A stretch of DNA of 63,950 nucleotides, filler included, from Octopus bimaculoides (taxonomy: Eukaryota), in NCBI RefSeq assembly GCF_001194135.2. It is 5 parts of 5 records of this genome, joined end to end, with 100 filler letters (N's around TTAATTAATTAA, not from the genome) between each part and the next. Parts side by side here need not be neighbours in the genome. Positions count along the whole stretch, not along the records: positions 1 to 27,672 come from NC_069006.1; 4 more parts are not named here. One strand, given 5' to 3'. A model generated the notes under the pieces. The model saw nothing but the letters and a program-made list of their open reading frames with translations. It did not search any database and was not told the DNA's origin. The position numbers and the translations under genes are program-made. Shown piece by piece: positions 1-13,037 of this stretch (position 1 is the first letter of the stretch; each line of letters starts with the position of its first letter).

Positions 1-435
1 GAATACTGAGATGAAAGTTTAATCTATGACGTTGTATGTATCACTTTCTCTCTCTCTCTCTCTCTCCCTCTTTTACTCTTACTCTCTATATTTTTATGTT
101 GAGCGCGTGTGTAAAAATGGCGTTCCAGGTAGCAGGGATGAAATATAAAAGTTGCTAGAAACAACAGCCAAATCTCCCTTAAATCACACAAAGTAAACGG
201 AATTTAAAAAATCTAATTACTGCACTGGAAAGTTCAGATCGAGAAAATTCCATTGATGTAAAAATTTTTACGAAAAAGTGGAAAATGTGGATTTTTATAA
301 ACATTCAAAAAGGCTTCACACAAACACACAATTTCAGATTTATATATTAAGATATATATTCTCATATTTTATCTAAAAAAAAAAACATTGAAAATAAATT
401 AAACTAAAGTTTTAATTACTATGTATTAATATTGC

Positions 436-635
436 TTTCAAATTCTGGCACAAAGCGAGCAGTTTCAGAGGAGGGGGTAAGTCAGATTGATCCTCTATGT
501 TCAACTGGTACTTATTTTATCGACCCCTAAAAACAAAGGTGACTCCAGTGGCATCTGAACTCAGAACATGAAGTCAGAAGAAATGACCCTAAGCATTTTT
601 TCCAGCATGGTAATGATTTTGCTGGCTCACTGCCT
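436..635 (-). mobile_element. SINE family D
   Basis: Reverse complement of ggcagtgagc..gcagaatc..ttctgagttca..tcgataaaataagtaccagttg. Confidence 0.8.
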
Positions 636-1989
636 ATATATTAATATTATTAACGATATTTATTAATATAAAACACCACCAAACACAGAGTTTTTCAACC
701 AGTCTGTGACCACATTCCTTGCAGTGGTATCTACTCTTTCCAAGTCTGGTCTTAGAAGGAGCCTCTTGTGTTAGAAATAGCAGAAAATTCTCCCTCAAAA
801 TACACTTTTAAAAATGACATAGATGATGGAGTCTAAGGTAGACTATTCCTCAAAAAAAGAAAGAGAAGCTAATCGCAGTTGAAATGCTTTTGATCACAGG
901 TTTGACTCTCGCCAAGATAAGGTTAAGCAACAACAACAACAACAACTTGTATTTTTAGAGGTATATACCCCCATACATTTCCAGAGGAATATAACAAGTC
1001 TATTGTGTGTAAATTGCTAACGATGACAATTGATAAAAACTGTACATTTAATAGAATAAAGTTTTTATTGTAGTCATTCGGGAGACAGACATGTTTTAGA
1101 AACATGACTGAACATATTTGAATAATGATTATTTATTCAGAAGGAAATGTTTGCAGTGGGTTTGAAATGTTTTGAAAGTTACAGAACAACAATGAACAGA
1201 TTCAGATGTTAGACATTGATAGACAATAGCTTAACAGATTGCCAAACTAATCTTCCAGTTGAAAATAATTATAGTTCTTATCTCACCACACATTGTATAA
1301 TAAATGTACATGACAAAGACACTTAAGTATCAAGTGGACCAAGCCACCATGAAACTGTAAATAGTATAAAGTAGATACAACAGAGATTATACTAGTATAA
1401 GCTGATAGTATCATGGAGTCGAAAATTCTGTAGCCTTGGAGAATGCAAGGAGAGTGTTTTAGCAAATACCCACAGCCCGATTCCAAGTTGGTGCTAGTCC
1501 TAATGTCTAAATATCCAGACCTTTGATTAAATTCCTTGTGTTCAGGAGTCTATCAAAACATAGAAGTCAAGTTCACTTAACAAGCTGTCCTAAAAATGAA
1601 TACTTTGTTGGCCTACATATCAACTACACACACGTTCATATCTGTTTGACCAACGAGTTTTATACTTACTAAACTACAGCCAAGGTTAAAAAGTCAACTG
1701 TTATAATAATACACAAGATGCTACTAAATATCCTCTCGTGCCCTCACTATTCATTGAAGTAGTGACGAAATTATTTCTAATTAAACTTCTTAAAACTCAC
1801 TCTATTAAGAATCCTAATTAGACAATAAATTCCACTGTATTCTTCATTTTACAATATATTCTCAGCTAAAATTCTTCAAGGCCATGCCCCAGCATGGCCA
1901 CAGTCTAATGACTTGAACAATTAGAAGAGTAAAATAAAAGAATAGAAAATATTCTGACCTAAAGGTTTCTTCACACCTTAAATAATAGT

Positions 1990-2125
1990 AAGACAAATTG
2001 ACCTCGTTAAGGTAAGACTTGCTTCAATAAACTGCTCATTAAATAAATATGAGAAAAAGACAAATTGACCTCGTTAAGGTAAGACTTGCTTCAAATAACA
2101 AATAAACTGCTGATTAAATAAATAT
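1990..2125 (+). repeat. 67-bp tandem duplication
   Basis: agacaaattgacctcgttaaggtaagacttgcttcaa at 1991 and 2058. Confidence 0.9.
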
Positions 2126-3038
2126 AAAACTGTCCATGGAATATGAAAAACTTAAACGTGTTACTTCGATTTTTAATCCCTGCTTCTAATAAAATATGGA
2201 AGACAAACGTATTGAATAAAATTATCCACAAGAATATCAAAATTGAAAAATAAAAAGTGATTTCATTGTGGGGATAAATAGGTTATTAGGTTAACATGTT
2301 TTGACAGAATTAGGAGAGAGAGTGTGAAAGAGCAAGAGAAATTGTGCAGCTTAAAAGGTGGGTCAACTTTAGTAAGTTGCTCTCTCACTTTCTCATTCCA
2401 GTTGGTAAACAATCTTGAAATCTTGCTATAAGGGGTATGTTCGCCTGTCTGCCTGTCTTTCTCTCTGTTCCCTCTTCACGGTCAAACAGCTGGACCAATG
2501 GTTATGGTGCTTTTCGTGATTACAAAGGAGGTAAGCATGAAGGTTTTTAGCAAAAAAAAAAAAAAAAAAAANNNNNNNNNNNNNNNNNNNNNNNNNNNNN
2601 NNNNNNNNNNNNNNNNNNNNNNNNNNNNNNNNNNNNNNNNNNNNNNNNNNNNNNNNNNNNNNNNNNNNNNNNNNNNNNNNNNNNNNNNNNNNNNNNNNNN
2701 NNNNNNNNNNNNNNNNNNNNNNNNNNNNNNNNNNNNNNNNNNNNNNNNNNNNNNNNNNNNNNNNNNNNNNNNNNNNNNNNNNNNNNNNNNNNNNNNNNNN
2801 NNNNNNNNNNNNNNNNNNNNNNNNNNNNNNNNNNNNNNNNNNNNNNNNNNNNNNNNNNNNNNNNNNNNNNNNNNNNNNNNNNNNNNNNNNNNNNNNNNNN
2901 NNNNNNNNNNNNNNNNNNNNNNNNNNNNNNNNNNNNNNNNNNNNNNNNNNNNNNNNNNNNNNNNNNNNNNNNNNNNNNNNNNNNNNNNNNNNNNNNNNNN
3001 NNNNNNNNNNNNNNNNNNNNNNNNNNNNNNNNNNNNNA

Positions 3039-3317
3039 GCTCCACGAGGCTCCGGCAGGGGATGGTGGCGAACCCTGCTGTACTCTTTCACCATAACTTT
3101 CTCTCACTCTTACTTCCTGTTTCTGTTGTGCCTGTAATTCAAAGGGTCAGCCTTGTCACACTGTGTCACGCTGAATATCCCCGAGAACTACGTTAGGGGT
3201 ACACGTGTCTGTGGAGTGCTCAGCCACTTGCACGTTAATTTCACGAGCAGGCTGTTCCGCTGATCGGATCAACTGGAACCCTCGTCGTCGTAAGCGACAG
3301 AGTGCCAACAACAACAA
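3039..3317 (+). mobile_element. SINE family A (5' end in gap)
   Basis: Highly similar to the copies at 8328 and 48513; ends in an (AAC)n tail. Confidence 0.85.
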
Positions 3318-4745
3318 TAATGGACATTATGTCCATCTGTCTGGCCATCTCTTTGTCTGTTCCCTCTTCACGGCCAGAGGGACAAACCAATGTTTATGAC
3401 ATTTTTCGGGATTACAAAGACAATCATGAGGAAAGTTTTTAGCATTAAAAAAAAATCAGAAAATATGATTATTTCATGAACATTGAATTTTGAATTGATA
3501 AACCATCTTTTCATTGTTATTAAAAATTCCCCGACCACGAGCTGTCACTTGATACTAACACATGGACATAGCAGGGGGGGAACCTACAAACATTTCTAAG
3601 ACCAGTCATGTGACTATCATCTACCAATCAAATCTTATTCAAAACATACTAATTCGAGCCATGAACTCCCTATAAAAATAGAGCAAGCTTCAAACACTAG
3701 TCAGAAGCAAGACAGCTGCAACATAAGCTACGTCTTTCTATTTGAACCTTTTAAACTGTGAGACTGGTTAAAGCTTTAAATATATTAATAAATATTTTAA
3801 CTATTCTCAGTGCATTTTCAACTTCTATTTTTCCTATGTATATCACCATCTAACAACTACCTTCAATGTCAAACAGTTTGGCAGGAGCTAGTAAACCAGA
3901 GGACTGTGCAAAACTATACTAATTTGACATGGTTTTTACAGCTGGATACCCTTCCTAACACCATCCACTTTTCAGAGTGGACTGAGTGCTTTTTACATGG
4001 CACCAGCGTGTGTGTGTGTGAGAGAGAGAGAACTTGTATGTACACATTCACCCACGCAAGCCGTTGCTGATATTATTAATCGTTTCGCTAATATTGCTTT
4101 TGTCCCAGAAAGACAACAGAAATGTCAAATGTCTATCTTCTCAGAAATAAAAGTCTTCAAATATTGATGTAAAGAAAAACTATTGATATCTTTCAAGAAA
4201 GTATGAAGTTCAAAACTCCAAAACATCACAGCTTTCATACNNNNNNNNNNNNNNNNNNNNNNNNNNNNNNNNNNNNNNNNNNNNNNNNNNNNNNNNNNNN
4301 NNNNNNNNNNNNNNNNNNNNNNNNNNNNNNNNNNNNNNNNNNNNNNNNNNNNNNNNNNNNNNNNNNNNNNNNNNNNNNNNNNNNNNNNNNNNNNNNNNNN
4401 NNNNNNNNNNNNNNNNNNNNNNNNNNNNNNNNNNNNNNNNNNNNNNNNNNNNNNNNNNNNNNNNNNNNNNNNNNNNNNNNNNNNNNNNNNNNNNNNNNNN
4501 NNNNNNNNNNNNNNNNNNNNNNNNNNNNNNNNNNNNNNNNNNNNNNNNNNNNNNNNNNNNNNNNNNNNNNNNNNNNNNNNNNNNNNNNNNNNNNNNNNNN
4601 NNNNNNNNNNNNNNNNNNNNNNNNNNNNNNNNNNNNNNNNNNNNNNNNNNNNNNNNNNNNNNNNNNNNNNNNNNNNNNNNNNNNNNNNNNNNNNNNNNNN
4701 NNNNNNNNNNNNNNNNNNNNNNNNNNNNNNNNNNNNNNNNNNNNN

Positions 4746-5066
4746 GTTCAGTCCCACTGCATGGCACCTTGGGCAAGTGTCTTCTACTCGGGCCGACCAA
4801 AGCCTTGTGAGTGGATTTGGTAGATGGAAATTGAAAGAAGCCCGTCGTATATATATATATGTGTGTGTGTTTGTCCCCCACCACCACCATCGCTTGACAA
4901 CCGATGCTGGTGTGTTTACGTCCCCGTAACTTAGCGGTTCGGCAAAAAGAGACCGATAGAATAAGTACTAGGCTTCCAAAAAATAAATCCAGGGGTCAAT
5001 TTGCTCGACTAAAGGCGGTGCTCCAGCATGGCCACAGTCAAATGACTGAAACAAGTAAAAGAGTAT
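4746..5066 (+). mobile_element. SINE family B (CORE-like motif ccttgggcaagt; internal TA/TG microsatellite)
   Basis: ggcaccttgggcaagtgtcttcta...aaagccttgtgagtggatttggtaga...(TA)n(TG)n...ccagcatggccacagtcaaatgactgaaacaagtaaaaga, shared with the other family B copies. Confidence 0.9.
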
Positions 5067-5425
5067 AGAAACAAAGTCACAATGAATGATAAAATCTCTT
5101 TGCTGTAAGCAACAACAATACTAAATAATGTTATTTTGAAGTTACAGGTTCAAGATCTCCTGTAAACGTAGAAGCAAGAAAGTAAATGTTACCTAAATCT
5201 TAATAAGAAGCAAGTTATAACTTTTAGGAAGCAAAACAAGACGACGACAATGAGAGGACAATGGGTATTACAAGTTAGTCCATGTGTGGGTCATGGCTGG
5301 CATGTTCAGAGAGGAGGTCATTGTTATAAGAGACAAGAAGAAAGTACAGATGTTATACGAGTGGTGGTTTTCTTGTAAGTGAGAGGGCCTGCACCAAAGA
5401 TATAGTAATAGAGCCAAGGCTGAAA

Positions 5426-5461
<36 letters not shown>

Positions 5462-5750
5462 GTTAATGGTGGTGTCTCTGGTAGATTAGTTATCAGTTTG
5501 AATGCCAAGAATGTAAATTATTGGCCTTATTTTTGTGTTTAGTTGTTCACATAATCTTAATACATAAAAAGTGAATCTATGTTATACTTGTTTCTGAAGG
5601 TCACAGTTTTGCAGCAAGCTACTTGAAATTTTGGATAAGGGTATACCTGTTCGAGGAGAAGATCCTAAATTATGTCAGTTTTCCTGACATTTTCTGAAAC
5701 CCTACACAAGGATGGGCATTGCTGCTAGTAAAATATACACACATATATAG

Positions 5751-5907
5751 GTGCAGGAGTGGCTGTATGGTAAGTAGCTTGCTTACCAACCACATGGTTC
5801 CGGGTTCTGTCCCACTGTGTGGCACCTTGGGCAAGTGTCTTCTACTATAGCCGACCAAAGCCTTGTGAGTGGATTTGGTAGACGGAAACTGAAAGGAGCC
5901 TGTCGTA

Positions 5908-5950
<43 letters not shown>

Positions 5951-6715
5951 NNNNNNNNNNNNNNNNNNNNNNNNNNNNNNNNNNNNNNNNNNNNNNNNNN
6001 NNNNNNNNNNNNNNNNNNNNNNNNNNNNNNNNNNNNNNNNNNNNNNNNNNNNNNNNNNNNNNNNNNNNNNNNNNNNNNNNNNNNNNNNNNNNNNNNNNNN
6101 NNNNNNNNNNNNNNNNNNNNNNNNNNNNNNNNNNNNNNNNNNNNNNNNNNNNNNNNNNNNNNNNNNNNNNNNNNNNNNNNNNNNNNNNNNNNNNNNNNNN
6201 NNNNNNNNNNNNNNNNNNNNNNNNNNNNNNNNNNNNNNNNNNNNNNNNNNNNNNNNNNNNNNNNNNNNNNNNNNNNNNNNNNNNNNNNNNNNNNNNNNNN
6301 NNNNNNNNNNNNNNNNNNNNNNNNNNNNNNNNNNNNNNNNNNNNNNNNNNNNNNNNNNNNNNNNNNNNNNNNNNNNNNNNNNNNNNNNNNNNNNNNNNNN
6401 NNNNNNNNNNNNNNNNNNNNNNNNNNNNNNNNNNNNNNNNNNNNNNNNNNNNNNNNNNNNNNNNNNNNNNNNNNNNNNNNNNNNNNNNNNNNNNNNNNNN
6501 NNNNNNNNNNNNNNNNNNNNNNNNNNNNNNNNNNNNNNNNNNNNNNNNNNNNNNNNNNNNNNNNNNNNNNNNNNNNNNNNNNNNNNNNNNNNNNNNNNNN
6601 NNNNNNNNNNNNNNTTACAAAGAATAAGTCCTGGGGTCGATTTGCTTGACTAAAAGGTGGTGCTGCAGCATGGGCGGTCAAAATGACCGAAACATGTAAA
6701 AGAGTAAAAAGAGAG
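5751..6715 (+). mobile_element. SINE family B with an assembly gap at its internal microsatellite
   Basis: Head at 5751-5910, (TA)n running into N, matching 3' part at 6616-6715. Confidence 0.85.
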
Positions 6716-6734
6716 AGTACACCATGATTGACTA

Positions 6735-7005
6735 GACTATCAGACATTGTTATACAATGCGTATTGCATCATTTTAGCCTTCAAATGATGGCAGCCCACT
6801 GGCTAGACCGGCAGGCCAGCATTATCCCCTACCTTCGGAAGCTAGACCATCACACAGGGTTACCCACTTACAGCCAAGTGGACTGGAGCAATGTGAAAAG
6901 AAATGTTTTGCTCAAGAATACAATACACCACCCAGTCCAGGAATCGAACTCACAACTGCATGATCATGAGTGTGAACCTCTAACCACTAGGCCACACACC
7001 TTCAC
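6735..7005 (-). mobile_element. SINE with family C head
   Basis: Reverse complement of the tRNA-like head plus ttcttgagcaaaaca...gctccagtccact(t/c)gctg core; the tail is not seen in other copies here. Confidence 0.8.
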
Positions 7006-7330
7006 AGAATATACAGACAGCTTATCAAAAAGTTGATTTTAAGCCCAGGAACCACTGTCACCCAAGGGAGATGAGCGGGGTGTATTTTGAACTCTTGAAG
7101 TTTAGATCTATCTCTTATGGAGTAGATTAGAAGTTGATCTCAAATAGAGATAACTGAATGTGAGATTATCTGTTGCTTTTCTACAAAGTAGTTAATATGA
7201 ATGAGTAGGTAGGAGGGAGATCAATATGTACGAATGAATCAATATTGATCTATGCAACTAATTGTTAGAGTGACTCCAAGCACCAAGGATGTGGTGGTGA
7301 GTTAATCACAGCAGCTAATTAATAACCCTT

Positions 7331-7542
7331 TCTCAGAGACACAAGGCCAGCAATTTAGGGGAAGGCGGTCAGTCAATTAGATCGATCCCGGTGCTCAACT
7401 GGTACTTATTTCATCAACCCTGAAAGGATGAGAAGGCAAAATCAACCTCGGTAGAATTTGAATTCAGAGCATAATGACATTGGACGACATGCTGCCAAGC
7501 ATTTAGGCCAGCATGCTAATGGTTCTGCCAGCTCACTGCCTT
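7331..7542 (-). mobile_element. SINE family D
   Basis: Same modules as the 33951 copy, reversed. Confidence 0.85.
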
Positions 7543-7984
7543 AACTGTGGCTAATTTAATAATAAGAAATTGGTTAATGACAGAATTGTTATGGTTGAGA
7601 AATATGTCATCAGTGCTGAAGACAGATCGTTTGGACACTGCGGAGGGGAAACGAGTGAATTGATGTCCCCTCAGTCAGGAAAGAAAGGGAGAGAGAAAGG
7701 AAAAGAAGGCTCAAGGATAAAGAGGGACATTTAGGAAGTGTGAAAAGAGGAGGAAATACCTGCTGGAGAAGGAGAAAAAAAAAAGTGGGCATTCAACACA
7801 AAGGTTGCCAAAACTGGAAAGAAAAAGGTGACGGGGAGCATAACGAAACTGCTCCTTTGATAACCAGGGAATAAATCTAAAAAACACCTTTTGAATATTG
7901 GTGGCGAAGTATGTGGGGCCAAAGTGGCGATCACAGTCAGAGCTTGTCTGTCTGTGGCCCTTTTTTTTTCTTATAAATGTACAG

Positions 7985-8052
7985 CAACAACAATGCAAGA
8001 ATGGATGAAAACACCTTTTGATGAATCAATGTCATCATTGAAATACAATGCT
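7985..8052 (+). CDS. Candidate 68-nt exon (-TTMQEWMKTPFDESMSSLKYNA)
   Basis: Poly-T tract followed by taCAG acceptor, donor GCT|GTGAGG, open in phase 1 to 0. Splice-signal evidence only. Confidence 0.25.
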
Positions 8053-8327
8053 GTGAGGTTTTGGTCTAAAATCATTGGATATGATTGATATTAGTGAGGT
8101 GTGATATCCAACGACAGGCATTGTAGTCTAGTTTTCTACCGCTGCAAAGGCAAAGGAGTTGTTTTGGAAAGAAACAACTACATAAGTATTAAACATATGG
8201 ACCAAGTTATGAAAGTAGCAAAACAGTATTAGCAGAGAGAGAATCAGGTCCGATGAGATGCAGTTCAGATTTCTACAAGGCCATGATACTACTAAAGCTT
8301 TAAGCTCAGTAATCACTCACAAACTGT

Positions 8328-8890
8328 GGAGGCGCAATGGCCCAGTGGTTAGGGCAGCGGACTCGCGGTCATAGGATCGCGGTTTCAATTCCCAGACCAG
8401 GCATTGTGAGTGTTTATTGAGCGAAAACACCTAAAGCTCCACGAGGCTCCGGGAGGGGATGGTGGCAAACCCTGCTGTACTCTTTCACCACAACTCTCTC
8501 TCACTCTTACTTCCTGTTTCTGTTGTGCCTGTAATTCAAAGGGTCAGCCTTGTCACACTGTCACGCTGAATATCCCCAAGAACTATGTTAAGGGTACACG
8601 NNNNNNNNNNTAAAGCTCCACGAGGCTCCGGGAGGGGATGGTGGCAAACCCTGCTGTACTCTTTCACCACAACTCTCTCTCACTCTTACTTCCTGTTTCT
8701 GTTGTGCCTGTAATTCAAAGGGTCAGCCTTGTCACACTGTCACGCTGAATATCCCCAAGAACTATGTTAAGGGTACACGTGTCAGTGGAGTGCTCAACCA
8801 CCTGCACGTTAATTTCACGAGCAGGCTGTTCCGTTGATCGGATCAACTGGAACCCTCGACGTTGTAAGCAACGGAGTGCCAACAACAACT
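8328..8890 (+). mobile_element. SINE family A, full length (apparent internal duplication is an assembly artefact)
   Basis: tRNA-like head with A box TGGCCCAGTGG and B box GGTTTCAATTCC, conserved body, tail gtgcc(aac)n. Confidence 0.9.
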
Positions 8891-9303
8891 CGCAAACTAC
8901 CTTCAGCAAAAATGCTGGTACCAAGCTTTCACTAATACCTTTAGTGCCTGTGCAATAACAAGGAGACATAAACTCCCTTCTAAACTCCACACATTTGATC
9001 CAGCAAAAGCATCGATGATATGACAGCTAAAGAGAGGAAGAGGAGGGGGTACACCAGCGCCAGGATCATACTCGTTTTTGCCAGAGTACACTGGAGCAAT
9101 ACGTTGTGCTTGCTGAAAGACAAAACATACCAGGCAGTCCAAGAATCAAATCCATGAGCTTATGGGGCAGAAATCAAACCTGACACTCTAACCACATGGC
9201 CACACATATATGAGAGAGAGAGAGGGATTAAAACAGAAATAAAAGGACAAATGGTTTGGCAAGATTTGACAAGGACATTTAATTTATCTATGGAATAAAA
9301 GGT

Positions 9304-9548
9304 GGAAGCGCGTGGCTTAGTGGTTAGGGTGTCAGCATCATGATCGTAAGATTGTGGTTTCGATTCCTGGACCGGGCGATGCGTTGTGTTCTTGAGCAAA
9401 ACACTTCATTTCACGTTGCTCCAGTCCACTCAGCTGGCAAAAATGAGTAACGCTGCGATGGACTGGCATCCCATCCAGCTGGAGAACACATACGCCATTG
9501 TAACCAGGAAACCGGGCCCATGAACCTGGTTAGGCTTCAAAAGGGCGC
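9304..9548 (+). mobile_element. SINE family C
   Basis: A box TGGCTTAGTGG, B box GGTTTCGATTCC, core ttcttgagcaaaacacttcatttcacgttgctccagtccactcagctg. Confidence 0.85.
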
Positions 9549-9606
9549 GTTTACTTTTATTATTTATGTAATAAAAAGGTATTCAAAAATATATATATTA
9601 TTATAT

Positions 9607-10003
9607 GGGCACAGGAGTGGCCATTTGGTAAGAAGTTTGCTTCCCAACCACATGGTTCTAGGTTCAGTGCCAGTGTGCCACTTTGGGCAAGCACCTTTTA
9701 CTTTTGCCTTGGACTGACCAAAGCCTTGTGAGTGGATTTGGCAGATGGAAACTGAAAGAAGCCCTCGTATATATATGTACATATATACGTATGTGTCGCT
9801 TCATATTTGATCCCCCCACCACTGCTTGACCATTGGTGTTGGTTTCTTTAGGTCTCCATAACTTAGTGGTTCAGCAAAAGAGCCTGATAGAATAAGAGCC
9901 AGGCATAAAAAAAAAAAAAAACAGTGGAGTGAATTTGACTAAACTCTTCAAAGCAGTGCTTCAGCATGGCCACAGTCCAATGATTGAAACAAGTATAAAA
10001 GAA
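9607..10003 (+). mobile_element. SINE family B
   Basis: Complete head, core, microsatellite and tail, more diverged than the other copies. Confidence 0.85.
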
Positions 10004-10118
10004 TAGTACGTTTGTGAATATATGTGTATGTGTATATATTCATATGTGTGTGTACACACACACAAACAGAATAATATATATTATACAGTATGTACATATC
10101 TAAATATACAAATACATG

Positions 10119-10188
<70 letters not shown>

Positions 10189-10465
10189 NNNNNNNNNNNN
10201 NNNNNNNNNNNNNNNNNNNNNNNNNNNNNNNNNNNNNNNNNNNNNNNNNNNNNNNNNNNNNNNNNNNNNNNNNNNNNNNNNNNNNNNNNNNNNNNNNNNN
10301 NNNNNNNNNNNNNNNNNNNNNNNNNNNNNNNNNNNNNNNNNNNNNNNNNNNNNNNNNNNNNNNNNNNNNNNNNNNNNNNNNNNNNNNNNNNNNNNNNNNN
10401 NNNNNNNNNNNNNNNNNNNNNNNNNNNNNNNNNNNNNNNNNNNNNNNNNNNNNNNNNNNNNNNNN

Positions 10466-10499
<34 letters not shown>

Positions 10500-10583
10500 T
10501 TGTGCTATATATATACACATATACATGCTATATATATATATAAATACACATATACATGCTATATATATATAAATACACATATA

Positions 10584-10625
<42 letters not shown>

Positions 10626-10805
10626 TTATTTCATTTAACGCCTGACATATACAAACACAGGAACATTTTAAAACTGAAGCCTAACATCCTATGTACATTT
10701 TATGCTGGTCAAACCCATCTTCTCACAGCCTCATTGATTTATTATTGACCAACGAATGTGAGTAAAGCCATTGTTTATTTGGGTCCAATTTATAATACTC
10801 TACAG

Positions 10806-11052
10806 CAGTGAGCCTCAAACATTTTTAACCTCGGACCCCCACCCTCATTTGATCCCTATTTTACTCTACTGGACCCCATAGCCATTCGATGTTTAAAAAT
10901 TTTTATAATTAAATATATTTAGGAATTGCATAAAAATACTGTTAAAACATTTTGGTACTGTAGAAGTATAAGCAATATTTTGCAAATGAATTTTAACAAA
11001 ATTTCGTATGAACCCCCAAGGAACATGTGGAGCCCGATTGTGAACTGCTCTG
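10806..11052 (-). mobile_element. Short form of the same hAT-like MITE
   Basis: The reverse complement aligns with both ends of 60832-61370 but lacks about 285 bp of its interior. Confidence 0.7.
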
Positions 11053-11240
11053 TAGAGCAGTTCACAACATTAAAAGCTCAAATTACCCTGTAAATCTGTC
11101 ACTTGCTTCTCCAAAATTCAACCCTAACCATTGCTCCTTTTCTTGGGAGGGGTATCGAATTGCTCAGGAATGCTTCTATTCTTTCATCTCCCTGCAGTCG
11201 TTAAAATAAGTAAATAAACCAGTGATTAGGTTCGGTTGAT

Positions 11241-11271
<31 letters not shown>

Positions 11272-11676
11272 CTACACCAAATGGGGTAATATATTTTTTT
11301 GTGTACATTTTTGAGATAACTACCAAGCATACTGACCCAGTAGCAGCTGAAGATCTTATCTCAGGCAAACATATAACAGTGACAAGAGAACTACGAAGTT
11401 GGAGGGTAACCTGGAAAATATGGACATCCTCTTGAGGCTACAAGCAGAGAGAAAATATAGATAGGTTGTTGCGTAACCCCACAACCCTGATGTGTTCACC
11501 TGGTCCTATGTTCAGACAGTGTTATCTATGACTACACTATCCAATGAGCCCTATTTTTAAGGATGGTAAGGTGTGGTTTTAAAGGAGATTTAACAGTTAC
11601 TCCGAGTGGGTCAAGCGAACTACATAGTCTCCCTCTATTATAAATGTGTGTGTGTATTTGTGTATATATATATATA

Positions 11677-11761
11677 TATATTTATATAAGGGCATTACTA
11701 CAGAATAATGCCACACAACAGACTTCCCATTATTCTTTAGTAATGCCCTTATATAAATATA
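11677..11761. mobile_element. Minimal hairpin MITE-like element
   Basis: tttatataagggcattacta / tagtaatgcccttatataaa perfect IR; the same terminus recurs at 24888. Confidence 0.7.
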
Positions 11762-12033
11762 AACGAATAATTATATTCTTGGGAATAGAAATTTCTCTTA
11801 TGAATTTTTTTACACACTAGCTTCCTGATAAAATTCTTGTAAAGATTTTTTATACTTTTTTGAATTTATTAATCAAATATATNNNNNNNNNNNNNNNNNN
11901 NNNNNNNNNNNNNNNNNNNNNNNNNNNNNNNNNNNNNNNNNNNNNNNNNNNNNNNNNNNNNNNNNNNNNNNNNNNNNNNNNNNNNNNNNNNNNNNNNNNN
12001 NNNNNNNNNNNNNNNNNNNNNNNNNNNNNNNNN

Positions 12034-12067
<34 letters not shown>

Positions 12068-12981
12068 TTATTTATCTATTGTATTATATGCATGTTTCGA
12101 TTTAGCATGCTAATCAGGAATGGGCATGTAAGTGCTCTAAGTTTCTGCCCGCTTACGAATGTTTAGGGGTCCAAGCGTTTGCAGGGGACCCAAAGATCAT
12201 TTCGTTTCCCAGCAGACTGAGACGAAGTGTTTAGTACAAGCAACATGTTGCCGCCAGCTCGATTTTATTCGTGTTGCTCTACAATAAAAACACGAATGCA
12301 ATAAATGTTAGTAAATTGTTTTTTATCGGTGGCCAACATCGGTAAACCTGTCGAGCAATGTTATCCGCACTACAAGAGGACGATGGGCGCCAACAGTTTT
12401 GGTGTCCAAAGTTCCCGAGTTCAATTCGAACCTGGGAGTCGGCTTTACCTTTCTGTTTTTTTTTTCTTTCCTATGTCAGTCCTTGATATAAAAAAAAGTC
12501 AGGACGGTCGTTCTTGGAATGTCTTTATCATAGGTATGCTTCACCAGGGCTGACTTGGAGCTAAATAAGAACATCTTAGGGTCGAGTTCTCACAACCTCA
12601 GTATGCAAGAAACCTCGTGTATTCACCACAATAAATAAATATGAATGTACTTATTATTAATGCTGGCATTCATCTGATTCTAGTGCGTGACCAGAGAGGA
12701 GACTGGCAAAACTCAAAGCAGTATCAGGGAGTAAGTGAAATAATTACACTTCAGTATTGAGTAGCCCCTCTCTTGGTTGTAAATTCCAACGTATGGACGT
12801 AGATATACATTCATATTATATTATATATATAGTCAATCCAAACATGAACATATATATATAGACACGCAATATACATTGGATATATATACAGAGAATACGT
12901 GCTTTAGTGCATGCAAATATATATACATATATGTATAAGAATTTATTGATGGACAAAAGTATAGAAAAGATAGATAGATAT

Positions 12982-13037
<56 letters not shown>

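Noticed and set aside
8432-8779. 169-bp exact direct duplication inside SINE A
   Set aside because: The identical copies flank a 10-N gap; this is an unmerged contig overlap.
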